Below are positions 51,697 through 64,000 of a stretch of DNA of 64,000 nt, piece after piece; position 1 is the stretch's first letter; each line of letters begins with the position of its first letter. The position numbers were made by a program, and so were the translations under genes. The DNA comes from Lytechinus pictus (lineage: Eukaryota): positions 5,518,001 through 5,582,000 of the forward strand of contig NC_087256.1 of the NCBI RefSeq assembly GCF_037042905.1, in the 5' to 3' direction. The notes below the pieces were generated by a model. That model saw only the letters and a program-made list of their open reading frames with translations. It was not told where the DNA came from and searched no databases.

Positions 51697-54600
51697 TTAT
51701 TTATCATCTACAGAGTGAACAAAGAGAAAATAAATGTCATTAGAAAGGTAATATTAAGTCAATCTACTAGCACTTAATAATAGGTGTAACAGACACTTCG
51801 GGGCTAAAAGCTTTCATAGTTACCACTTATTATTATCAATTAATAATAATAAAGATGACAATAATAATAAATTGAACTTATGTTGGGCTAAATCCACTCT
51901 GTAGTGCTCAAGATGCTTTTCAAGAAATTTTAAAGGAAATTAAGAAGAATTGAACAGAAAGCTTAAACATTATTTGTTTAATATCTCCAGGAAGGCTGTT
52001 CCATAACTTAGAAGATGATTGGAAATATTATCCCCCCCCCCCGCCCGGGTTTTGGAAACTTAAAGGGTAACCAGAGAACTGGAATTGGAGGATCATATGC
52101 TGTTATTAACTAAATAATCATAATAAACATTACCTCCCACCTCTTTAACTTCTCATTGTTGTCTACCTCCTCTTCATTTTTTTTCATTTGTTTGTATCCA
52201 AGGCAACCTCTCATACGCATGGCAACAGAGCCTTTTCAGTTGTGGCTCCTATATACTGGATTATCCCCCTCCTCCCTCCTCACGATTTTCCCTATCCTCA
52301 TCAATCATTTCATTTCATTTGTATTTGGTATACTCACCTCTTGTCAAGTTCTTTTACTTCCCTAAGATGATTAGAGCTTGGCTTCTTTTTTCTTTTTTTC
52401 TTTGATTTATCTATAAAAAGATAATAAAAAAAGATAATAAAATACACCATTAAAAATCAAACACATGATCCTAATTAATCATCTAATTTCATTGCAAAAC
52501 AAAAGGAAGCCATGTATTGCAGAGTTTCATCAGGGAGTACGCAAATAATGAAAACATAAGTTTCATGAAATAGGGTACACTCTAAGACCCTATTTTACTT
52601 GTAATTGATTCTGCAGAAATTTTTATTGTTCTCTTTGAATTTTAAAATATCTTCTCAAATCAACTTGGAATCAGATTTGACTACATCCTTCACAATATAC
52701 AAATTACAATTTAATTCATTATTTATAGTATACATCTTAACAATATGTTAATAATGTCTACATCTTACAATAAGTTAGATGTACAGTTCGAGTCAGAATT
52801 TTTTTTTTTATTAAAATAACGCTTTGTTTAAAGAGGGAGATTAATTTTGTAATTATTCTTGCATATTTAGTAATTCTTCCTGCTTCTTTTGATATCACAT
52901 TTGTTGGGATATTCACGATTGACTAAACAGGAGTGAATTAAGCTGACAAAAATAATTAAAAAAATAATCTCCCCCTTTAAACAAAGGGTAATTAACAAAT
53001 TGTAAAGTTTTTTCTGACTTGCAATGCATTACAAAGTTATGTTTTACTGTAGATGAACATTCACAACTGAATATGCGCCATATAAACTAAAACAACTTCA
53101 GCTCTAAAAATCAAAGAAAAATGCTTTTCAAGAAAGGCACATTTGGGACTTGCCTTTGACATGTTTAATGCATTTATAACATCATTCAAATACAATTCTT
53201 TATGCAATATGCCCTAGATATTTTTCAATCTAGGGCACATCATTAATTTCACAAAACTAAACTCAATACTGACAAGAATAATATATCTTACCAACTATAT
53301 TGTGCCGTATCGGTTCTAGAACATCAGGTCGCTGTCTTATCTGATCTTTCCCTTCTTTCCAATGATTTCTGGTGAGGCAATAAACATTTAATTTAAAAAA
53401 TAATACACAATGTCATGATGAACATTTCATTATTTTCCTACTACACTCATGCCCCCACCCCATCTCTCTCTCTCTCTCTTTACCTCTCTTCACTCTTTGC
53501 TTTCTCTTTTAAACTATATACTTCTTAAATTAAAATTCTTCATTTCATTTCACCAATTTTTTATAATATTGTTAATAGAAAAGTTGTTAAAAGTACATAT
53601 TCATTAAAATAAAGTATCTTAGAGGAGGAAATTGAAATATATTCTTACATTTCAAGGTAGTGAAACAAATTAGTAAAGTATGATATACATGCATATATAT
53701 ATATTTTTAATACAATGTTTGTTAAATGGACTATCTTCAGATGTATAGGTCAGACTATCGACAGAATAAAGTATGAAATAACCCATCAGATGATTAAATA
53801 AACAATTCAAAATAATTTTGTCAAGTTACGAATTTCCACAACAAAAAAGTAAAAAAATAAAAAAAGACAATCGTTTATAGTTGGGGTGGACTTAATCTTT
53901 AAAAATGTTAAATAACAGAGGAGACTTTTCTTACTCCCATGATTCCCATGTGAGAGATGATGATCTTTGTTGAATAAACCCAGCAGGGAGTGGTACTGAT
54001 AGCTCACCCGGTGAATCTAAAAACAAAACAATCAAACAAATAACAACAACAATAATAATAATAACAATGATAATAAAAAAATAACAATAATAATAATAAT
54101 GATGATGATAACAATAATAATAGTAATACATAACATTCATATAGCAAATAGAACATTTCTAAGAACTACAAACTATTAGCGCCCCCCCCCTTAAAACACC
54201 TTAAAATGGCAAATGCAATAAATGGTTTACCAAAAGACATGAGTGCTATATAAAAGATGTAATATTGTATTTTCACTATCTCTAATACTGTTAAGGACAA
54301 TCATTCTTTTTTAATTATCTCTTCCAATTTATGATTGCACTAAAGTAGAGAAAGAGGGAATATTGACCAATGTCATATATTTTTGTCAAACATGGACAAC
54401 TAATCATAATTTTTGGCTTCAGAATTTTAATCAATTCAAAGAAGAAATCACTAAAGAGAAAGCACGAATCCTTACTAAGCCTCCCAGATTTCACTGAGAT
54501 GGGTAGCCAATGAGAATCATTTTTTTTTTCAATCATATGATCATTTTCTCTTAAAAGGAAGAGTTAATCCCCTTACCGAGTCTCCTAGGTTTTGCTGAGA

Positions 54601-56805
54601 TAGGGGCAAGTTTCGGACTGTTTGGTCGTCCCATGAACCCATAGTGATCCAGACTAGTTGAAGCTCGTCCACCAGCCGATCCTCCAGATTTCACCTGCTT
54701 ATGGCCCCCTGATTAAGAAAATAAACAGATATGAGAAGGGATTGGTTCAAAGACTTATTTAAATGAAAATTGAGTTACTAATATCAGATTATCACTTAAT
54801 CTTTCATTCAATGTAACAATAACAATTATGTTCATATAAAAAGGTCAATGTTTCTGATGATATATTCACAAAATTTGTATAAAAAAAGAAAAGAAAAAAC
54901 ACAAACTTTAGCTTCAATAATAACAAAACTGCAATAACAAGAAACCAAAAATAGAACCCCTGAATACTTATAGACATTTTCCTTAAAACAATATGGAGAT
55001 TCACAACTATTTTCTGTCACAATACTGACAAGATATAAAGCAATATGATTTTTTGAAAATAAATGATTTTTCATAACTTATAATGACCTGTAATTTGAAC
55101 TTATACAATCAATGTGACAATCATTATCGTGTGTGAATCTGTGACAAACAATGTACTTAAGATTGATTGCAGTAAAAATTAATTGTAGATTCAGTGTATT
55201 CTCGATTCTGTATAAGTACAGGCCATTGGTTTGGGCATATCTTCATGTTACACTCCAAAGGAGAGCCAATCTAAGAGGCTGTTCTCACTACGTTCCTAAA
55301 ACTAGTTTACTGGAAACTAGTTTAGTGGAAACTAGTTTAACGCATAGTGAGAACGGTCGAAGCGGTCTTGGAAGCGATCTTCCAAACCAATTTGGAAAAC
55401 CACCTCGCGATGTAGTTTCCAAGATTGCTTTGCCTCGTTTGACTGGTTTTAGCGTAAGTGAGGACACAACCGTTCTTCGGGAAGCGATCTTCGCACATTT
55501 TGAGCGCGCTCTCCACACGACAGGTGTAGAATGTCTATGCTGCGGTTTCGAATTTCGCGCGAAACGTGTCACCCCACTGAGAGCGTTTCCACAGCAACAA
55601 GAGCGCTTTACATAAAGTGATTTTGAAAACCACATTTGTGTGATCAAGTGGGAACGCTAGCAAAGCGATCTTCCAAAGTGGTTTCCTGAATCGGTTTCCA
55701 GTAAACTTTTAGAAAGCGTAATGAGAACGGCCTCTAATACTTCACAGGAAACAGCCCCTTTCAGTAGAACAGAAATAAATTCCATTACCAAAGCCACAAC
55801 CAGCACATTTCACAAGGCATTAAACAGATCAAGAACGGCGCCTGCTTTTTAGGACAGCCAAGCCCTCCTTTATTACAACGTTTTAACTTCATCCCTCTCC
55901 CCGCATACATTCTAAATCCCAAGTCTGAATAATTCATTAGTGTTACATGCATTGCACATTAACAACTGAAAAGGTAATAGGATTCAAATTCTCTTTCACT
56001 TTTGGTGCATATAATTACTATACCACCTAGATGCTTTTAGCAATGTGATGACATCAATTTACTCAAAAGGGTGGAGTAGAAAGAAATATTCCACTCATTA
56101 TGGCCAATCTGCGATTTGTGGAATATCTGCCTATTAAAAGTCTTGAAATATTTCTGGTTTTGCATTCTGGCCNNNNNNNNNNNNNNNNNNNNNNNNNNNN
56201 NNNNNNNNNNNNNNNNNNNNNNNNNNNNNNNNNNNNNNNNNNNNNNNNNNNNNNNNNNNNNNNNNNNNNNNNNNNNNNNNNNNNNNNNNNNNNNNNNNNN
56301 NNNNNNNNNNNNNNNNNNNNNNNNNNNNNNNNNNNNNNNNNNNNNNNNNNNNNNNNNNNNNNNNNNNNNNNNNNNNNNNNNNNNNNNNNNNNNNNNNNNN
56401 NNNNNNNNNNNNNNNNNNNNNNNNNNNNNNNNNNNNNNNNNNNNNNNNNNNNNNNNNNNNNNNNNNNNNNNNNNNNNNNTATAATATAAGATAAGTATTT
56501 CGTAGAACTGAGGACTAAACCACAAATGGAGTTACATCTGGGTTTATTTATGAAAATGACATCCAATAAATTCAAAATCCATTTCAGACTCCTACCTCCT
56601 GGGCTCTTCTGTGCCTCTAGGATTTCCTTAGCTTGTTGTTGAAGAACCTCTGCGTTTGGCAAAGCCCTAAAGAATGGCTTGACAAGGAGTGAGGATCCAT
56701 CATGTAGGTTTTGAATATTTATTTTTGGAGAGTCTTCATCTCTACCATCCTTCCTACCACCTACAAAGACAAAAGATCAAAGTAATAATGATAATGATAA
56801 TAATG

Positions 56806-56841
<36 letters not shown>

Positions 56842-59800
56842 GTAACTAGATTTCAATTCGTCATGCGGACGAATTAGGTGGTCTGTCGTAGAAAGATAAA
56901 TACTAGTAGATAAACGGACATAATTATTTAAACAAGTGAGTTGATATTAGATTGAAAGATAAATAGCACTCAGATAGACATACATATTTAAACAGATACA
57001 CATAAGAAAGATAGATAAATAGATAGATGGATGGAGGGATAAATGATAAGTGGATAGCTTGATAGAAGAAAGGTAGATAAATTATATCTTTAAATATATA
57101 GACAGATAGATAGATAGATAGATCGATATAGAAATATATATGAACAGATAAATATGTATTAGATAGACATTATAGAGATAGTTAGATAGATAGATTAGAT
57201 AGATAAATAGATAGATAGATAAATAAATAGATAACGATTGATGAAAAAAATTACGATGATGGTGAGGATAATGATAATAATGATTGATGACAAATAAGAT
57301 GATGATAACGGTGATTATGATATTATATGTACAAAGATGGACAGACAGAAAATATATCGATATATTTATTGATAGATAAACAGATAGAATAACATATTAA
57401 ACAGATTTAATAGATAGATAGATAGATATTAGATAGACAAATAAACAGACATAATTATTCAAACAGATCAATAGACATTAGATTGAAAGATAAAAAGATA
57501 GACATACAGAAAGACATAAATATTGAAACAGATAGATGGATAGTCGGATAGATAGATAGATGGATTGGAGGATGTATAAAATATAGGTGGATAGATTGAT
57601 AAAAGATAGATATAGAAACATACATAATAAATTGAAAAATATAAATATTTATTAGATTGAAAGATAAATGGATAGATATACAGATAGACAGACATATTCA
57701 AACAGAGAGATATACGATAGATAGTTAGATAGAACATAGATAGATAGAAAATACATAGATAGATAGAGAGACAGACAGACAGATAGACATACAGATAGAT
57801 AGATAGATATATCATGTAGGTAGATAGACAGATAGATAAACAGACAAACAGACTTATAGACATATTCAAACAGATAGATATATATTAGGCAGAGAGATAG
57901 ATAGACAGACAGATAGATAGATAGATAGAAAGATAGATTTATAACATGGAAAGCGGATAGATAGACGGATATGATTAGATAGATATAATATGAAAAAAGT
58001 AATTATGATCTGTTTTATTTGGCAATATTTTAACTATTATTCATTGGAATTCTTATAAATGATCGTGCGCATAATAGTAAAACAAAATCATGTTCACCCT
58101 CGGACTCGAACCCCTGCCCGCATGACTGAATGAGATGCAAGTCTGACGCCTTACCGATTGAGCTACAATATTTCCCATAGACTTTACACGTATGCAAAAT
58201 ACGAAAATCTCAAATCCAATTTTGCAAGTGAAATACGGGCATGATCCCGGCATCTGATCGGAAAATGAAGGCAACATTCATGAAAGCTTAAAATCTCAGC
58301 TACGACATACTAAAAGCTCAGTGATAACTGACAAGAAAAAATTGAGATATGGCTCACGAAATAGAGAAATGTAGAATCTAGTTTTGAGAAAAAGTCATGT
58401 CCCATAGAGATTACACGCAAAATGACATGCCTCTATTATTTGCAATTTCTCAGGATGATCCGTTTATCAAAATGAAAAATATAGGCAATAACTCAGAAAG
58501 AGTAAGACCTAAGCTACACATATCAACAATTGGGCAAAAAAATTGACCAATATTCACGGAGTTAGAGCCAAATTTGCATAATTATAATGACGTCATAACA
58601 CGCAAAATGGATATTTTGACTTCCGACGCCATTTTGATGACGTCATAATATATGTTAAGGCGACCACACACCTTACGACTGGTCTGCGACCCGATTTTGG
58701 AACAAATCGCATTTTGCTCATTTTCTGAAGATGTGAATGGAATATATCATTTTATTTGAGGTTAAAATTAATTGAAATAATAATATTATAACAATTTTGA
58801 AAGATTGCAAGATTTTGGTGTTAAGTCCAAATTAGTTTCAAATCGTAGCCAATCGTACGACTGCTATGACGTCATTACGACTAGATATTAAATTCACGTT
58901 TATTCTAAGAAGGATGATAGCATAGTCAGGAATTTGATCATAGGTATTCGTACAATGATTTAGAACATTATACAGTAAGATATTCCAAGTCTCAATATTA
59001 GCATCAAATTCTATTACATTTTATTCTGAAATCGGGTCGCAGACCAGTCGTAAGGTGTGCGGTGGCCTTTAGGGTCCAATGAGACATGAAATCATATGTA
59101 TGATTCAAACTTTATCGAAATATGAAAAAAAATTGGGGATCCCCATTCGTTCTGAAGAGCTACAGTAAATTTTTAATCTTAGGCATGTTTTTGCCCATAT
59201 AGAGCCTATGGAAAGAGCTCACGCGCACGCGTGCTGCAAACTTTAATGGGTGCTCATTCCCTCATTAATGATCGTAGAGAGCTGATCGAGGTATCAATTT
59301 GATCAGAATTATATCAATAATAGATAAGCATAGAAAAAAAAGCGAATTTATGCTGCGTAACGCTGTTACGCACGAAAACGCGCGCACATACGTGCGTGCA
59401 AAATGTTGAAATGCTTAAAATGACCTGAAACGTACTCAAAATTAATTATAGGCGATTTTGAGCATTTTTTAATTTTGACAAGCGCGTCATGACCTTTACA
59501 TGACCTTTGATGACATTGACAGACGACCTTTGACTTAAAGTTTATTTGATATAAATATGATTGACTATTGATTATCCGTTATGTAGATATGATCAAATTA
59601 AGAATTTTACAAAATGGCGCGTAGATGACGTCGTCATGACCAGATGACCTTGAAAAGCTACGTAGCGCGTCTCTATGATAGACTTTATATATGACGAAAT
59701 ATTCAGCAAAATTGATATGGCCGATTCGGAGAAAAGTTGGCGACAAACATAGGTGCAAAAAATAAATAACTAAATAATAAAGAAAATTCTGACGAAATTA

Positions 59801-62800
59801 AGAGGTGATCTGTCAGAGACAGACCACCTAATAATAATAACAATAATAATAATAATAACATTTAGCAACATTTAGTGGCAGATCAAGGATTTGAAAAAGA
59901 GGGAGCATATGCAATTTTTAAAACAGAGGGGGCAAAGACAATTACTATCTTAGATATAATAATAATAATAGGTATTTGTATAGCGCCATCCAGGCGCCAT
60001 CTATCTAGAAACAATCTATTCCGAGGTGCATTGTTGTTATTATCATTATTAATCCGGCTTCGGCTCGAGCTGCCTTTCAGCACTAGTGCATCCAAGGAAT
60101 GAATCCTGCCGGGTACCCATTCACCTCACCTGAGTCGAGTGCAGCACAGTGTGGACAATTTTCTTGCTGAAGGAAAAACACGCCATGGCTAGGATTCGAA
60201 CCCACGACCCTCTGTTTGAAAGGCGAGAGTCAGAACCACTAGACACCACGGCAAGCCCACACTAATAATATCATTGAGAAATTTTGTATAATATAAATTA
60301 TATGCAATATGCCACTGAATATTTAATACAAATGTTTCTTAGCCGCGTTAGTGCTGGATTTTTTTGACAAGAGATTTTAATACATAAGATGTCACGAATT
60401 CTCTGCCTCTGGTCACATTTAAAAACAAATTAAAGAATAAAAATCCTCACAAAAATTGTTGATTAATTATTTTCATTCCCAATAGTGCATATTCACTTGT
60501 GCTTTCCTTTAATCACTTTCGACATTATTCAACTCAGCTTGCTACATGAACATTTGTTTCACAATTGTTTATATATAGCTGTAATTCACATTTGAATCAA
60601 ATTTTATCATACACAATATTCATGAAGAAAAGTTCCATAAACTTCAATTATGCAACAAATAAGGATTTACCTGATTGTTCTGACATTAGAAAGTGCATAT
60701 ATTCATTATTAAATGTTTGTCTTCATCCATTATTAATCTAAGACATCACTCCTAGATACGCACTCTCATCTAAAACATCAATAGCAGCGGATCTATTTCT
60801 GATGCTGATGACTGAGTATGCATCAAGTCCTGTAATAGATGGATAAGCAAACACACAGCAGACAGAATTTCTGTCACTTATGAGATAAAAAAAACACAGT
60901 GAATAAAATTACCTGATCCATTAGTTACCATGGTAACCTGGCTTTGATGAGAGCTAAGGGAGAGGTTATCCAGTAAGTCCACATGCTTTGGGGGAGGGTA
61001 GCTAGAACCTATATGCGGTTCCGACACAGCATGTTGCAGTTCACCTTCTGCAAGCTGTCTCCTTCGCAATTTTCTTCTATTCAAAATTTGCGTGTCATGA
61101 TTTGTTCTGCGGCGAAGATCACTTGAGGAGTTCTGATCATCCGAAAGACTTAGCCCAACAATGTCACTAGTTCTTGTTAAGTCTGCATTTTTGTTCTTGT
61201 CCTCCAAGAGTTTGGGATCACTCGTCATTACATCAAAACCTATCGCACCTTTTGTAGATCCCAGCTTTGCGGCTTCATTCTTTGATTTCAGTATAGATTC
61301 TGATTTCCTTGCGCTGCCCTCCTGTGGCAAACCACTAAATACATCTTGAAAGTTTCCGTCCTGTTTGTTCTCTCCACTGCTGTACTGTGATTTAGCATTC
61401 TTTCTTTTGTCTAACCAACTGGTAAGAAAGGCAAAACGTTTCTTCTTCACCCCATCTTTGGTTCCTTCCGATTCTGTAGGTTCTTCCGTCTCCTGGCCGA
61501 ACCCACATTCTGTCCCTTTGAGTAGTTTTGTTGCTTCGCTCTTTCTGGCCTGGATGCTGTACTGGTGTGGTGTGCCCCCATCAAGGTCCACAGGTGAGGG
61601 ACATACCCCTAGTTCCAGAAGCACCTTGACACAAATGACATGGCCTTTGACCGCTGCCCAATGTAAGGGTGTCCTGTTGATGAAAGTAAGACAACAAAGT
61701 CAGACATACAAACAAATGGGTCTGAATAACTGTGAACATACTACATATCAAAGAGACAGTGTGTTAAACATCTTGCATTGAATACCTGCAGAAGTAACAT
61801 TATGACGCCTGTGCTTCTCAACCAATCAAAATCTAAGAAATTTGTCAGATGACATATGTCAATGGAAATGCTCTCCCTGTCAACAAGGCTTAGAACACAA
61901 TGCAATCTCTATTTGACTGCTAACTTTGAAAAATAAATTTCCTATCAATATTTCCTAGGCAAAGGATGCCTTTATACTTCATTGGTATGACATACTACAG
62001 GTCTATAGCAAATCATATATTGAATCATACACCCAAAGGCTAAAAGCTTGCTATCATCAATCATTTCTATTAATTTATTAATTGTCATCTGTGTTTCTCT
62101 ACAGACAACAAAACTGAAAAGGTTGTATTGGCCTGCATCAGGATTAAAAACCAATTCATCACTTTGAAAGCTGTGGAGACTTTAAATGCCAAAGCTGTAT
62201 GATAATTGCAAATTTGATCACCTTTTCATTTGAAATTAACATGAATATCAGCATTTTCACACTACCAATAAAATTTCATTCACTTTTACATCAATTTTAA
62301 CCCATCTTTGATAGAAGCATGTTGATTGTAGCTTTATCTGGTCTACTCTTAGCCATGAAGACCCTGCTGCAAGCATTATGTCAACTGAGTTCACCCACTG
62401 CTGTTGTGGTGGCAGCGGTGGGATGCATACCCACATCATCTAACTGCCCAGAAACAATTCGCAATTACATGGTATACAATCAATGATCAATCACATATAA
62501 TATCATTATTGACTGGGTAGGTACTCCACTCAATACTTTGATAAGTAGTACTTTATTAAACATATTCCTTAGCTTAGAAACTTGTTCAAAATTGTGTTGA
62601 ATTAAAAATTCAGCCTTTTTCTTTGTAAGGGAAATCAAGCCCACACTCTTGAACATTTTGACCATTACACTGCCAACGCCAACAAATGTATAATTACCAT
62701 GTCTCATCAATAGTCCAAATGTGCTGCATTGCACATCTCTGCAGCTCATGATTTAAAGGTAAATTCAGGATGAAATACTTAAAAACAACATTCATGAATA

Positions 62801-63416
62801 AATACAAAGATTGGTTAAGCATGACATCATAGTAAAAATGAAAGTAAGATACTAATTTTTCTGATTTCACCATACATTGAAATGAAAACCAGCCCCAGGG
62901 CATTTACTGCAATGCAGAAAATTATATGATCAAGTGAAACTAATGTTGCGTTTAATTTTCAGAGTTCCTTTTGATTACAACTCCTTCTCCAACAGACACC
63001 TGGAAGGTGCTTCATAAAGCTTTTTGTATGTTACAAGTGACTTTATGAACAACTGGAGATCATTTCTTGTGGTAAATGATGTACACCAGATTTTCATTGG
63101 TGGTGATTTAGTTCCGAAGGATCAACAATAAGAGTCAGTTCATAGAGTCATTCATAACCTACATGCAGCTTTATGAATTACCCATCTGGTGTGGAACTAG
63201 CTTTGTGAGATAGCCAGAGCTAACATACCTTTCATCTGGATCTAAGGCTTCAAAGTCTACATTGGGAATCTGAGCAAACTCTAACAAGATTTCATGGTGC
63301 CCAGCAGCAGCTGCCAGATGAACACAAGTCTTTCCTGTAGCCTCTGTTGAGTTGATGAGTGGGGCACCCCCACTATGGCACTTGGCCATGACAGAACTGC
63401 AAACTAGACATCCGTT
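51697..63416 (-). CDS. ANKRD55: Ankyrin-repeat protein, ANKRD55-like; 3' exons 63229-63416, 60913-61673, 56596-56760, 54577-54708, 53935-54016, 53292-53368, 51697-51707 (5' exons outside the window)
   Basis: [58 protein letters not shown] closely matches recalled ANKRD55 (GKTCVHIAAAAG...[16 protein letters not shown]..LLELG). Downstream exons are joined by phase-compatible GT-AG sites but are less certain, and an exon could lie in the gap at 56173-56479. Confidence 0.72.
51870..52250. mobile_element. Old L2-type LINE 3' fragments in opposite orientations
   Basis: GNRAFSVVAP on + (about 52220) and SSKLWNSLPG on - (about 51985-52017) are typical L2 RT C-terminal motifs. Confidence 0.45.
55275..55734. 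mobile_element. PIF/Harbinger-like MITE
   Basis: TAA TSD; TIR GAGGCTGTTCTCACTACG/CGTAATGAGAACGGCCTC (2 mismatches). Confidence 0.85.
56900..57990. repeat. Degenerate (GATA)n/(GACA)n microsatellite array inside the HINE
   Basis: Read directly. Confidence 0.9.
58093..58168 (-). pseudogene. tRNA-derived fragment (Pol III A and B boxes) inside the HINE
   Basis: Minus strand TAGCTCAATCGGTAAGGCG...GGTTCGAGTCC; no convincing acceptor or anticodon stem. Confidence 0.55.
58658..59068. mobile_element. PIF/Harbinger-like MITE nested in the HINE
   Basis: TTA TSD; about 40-bp TIR AGGCGACCACACACCTTACGACTGGTCTGCGACCCGATTT with 2 mismatches. Confidence 0.88.
59958..60252 (-). mobile_element. tRNA-derived SINE, same head as 16008-16376
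   Basis: ggattcgaacccacgaccctctgttt...ggcgagagtcagaaccact matches the head of the first copy; GCGCTATACAAAT followed by an (ATT)n tail. Confidence 0.8.
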
Positions 63417-64000
63417 CTAGGAAGACATAAATGGAATTAAAAGGTTCTTTTGAGAAATTGGTATAGAATATTGGCTTAGTAAAATACATTCTGGATACAG
63501 CAGGGAGAGAGCAAAAAAATCATGAGACTCATGCTCCATGGAGAACAAAATTATCCTAAAATCCTTAAATGGCAATGAAATTATCTTCAGGAAATGGTTT
63601 AGATGGTGAATTATTGAATGCAGGTTTTGATTTTCTATAAAAGTAGTAATTGTGATAGCTAGGAACTGAAATGTGATCAGCCTCGAATGATGATTTGAGG
63701 GGGGGGGGGGGTAAATGATACATTTAAAACCTCCTGTTTTCTTTCATATTGGACATCTGCAGGCAGTTTACATTACATTTCTGTCAGCTATAAACCAAAA
63801 TGATTACTACCACTATCTGGTTAGGCCTGTGGTCGCTATCTCAGGTATTTACTTCTGAAATAATGCAATTAGGGATAAGCTAGAAAAACTATTCGGATCT
63901 TATTGAAACGCCTTTAAGAATTTGATTTGATGATGTCCAAACTAATGTAAGACACAGAGCCTTGGTCTAAGACAAGTCTCATGGCCGTTGCCATTGCACT

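Larger units (their letters stand above)
56845..59830 (-). mobile_element. Helentron-associated element (HINE-like), 3 kb, inserted in a (TAA)n tract
   Basis: Minus-strand terminus CTAGT; stem-loop AATTCGTC-atgcg-GACGAATT (56855-56875); subTIRs TAGGTGGTCTGTC (56875) / GACAGACCACCTA (59818-59830); IR AGGTGATCTGTC at 59803. Confidence 0.75.

Noticed and set aside
55151-55647. Overlapping 154-aa and 119-aa ORFs
   Set aside because: They lie across a Harbinger-like MITE; no transposase or other motif.

Overview
AT-rich, intron-containing animal genomic DNA with four N gaps. The repeat types suggest a sea urchin or other invertebrate deuterostome (inference). From left to right: (1) the first three coding exons of an RCCD1-like gene (minus strand); (2) a transposon-rich spacer; (3) three intact secreted proteinase-K/aqualysin-type S8A subtilase genes of 375 aa each, with 8 coding exons plus a non-coding first exon. 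Gene A is on the minus strand, head-to-head with gene B (+), and gene C (+) is a tandem copy of B; (4) a 4-exon UDP-glycosyltransferase (minus strand, about 534 aa) whose catalytic and UDP-binding motifs are strongly altered; (5) the 3' exons of an ANKRD55-like gene (minus strand). Main observations: the subtilase intron positions and phases appear to match those of vertebrate PCSK9, suggesting an active, CHRD-less PCSK9-lineage family rather than a bacterial transfer. The B/C duplication (18891-33124 vs 33247-42073) left an intact orphan copy of the UGT terminal exon and a TATA-less copy of the gene A promoter. Comparing the two blocks gives empty and filled sites for several transposons (Kolobok-like, hAT/Buster, Helentron-like HINE, and a TIR-minisatellite element carrying a CR1/L2 LINE). 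An uncollapsed-haplotype assembly artefact for the B/C duplication cannot be excluded from sequence alone.
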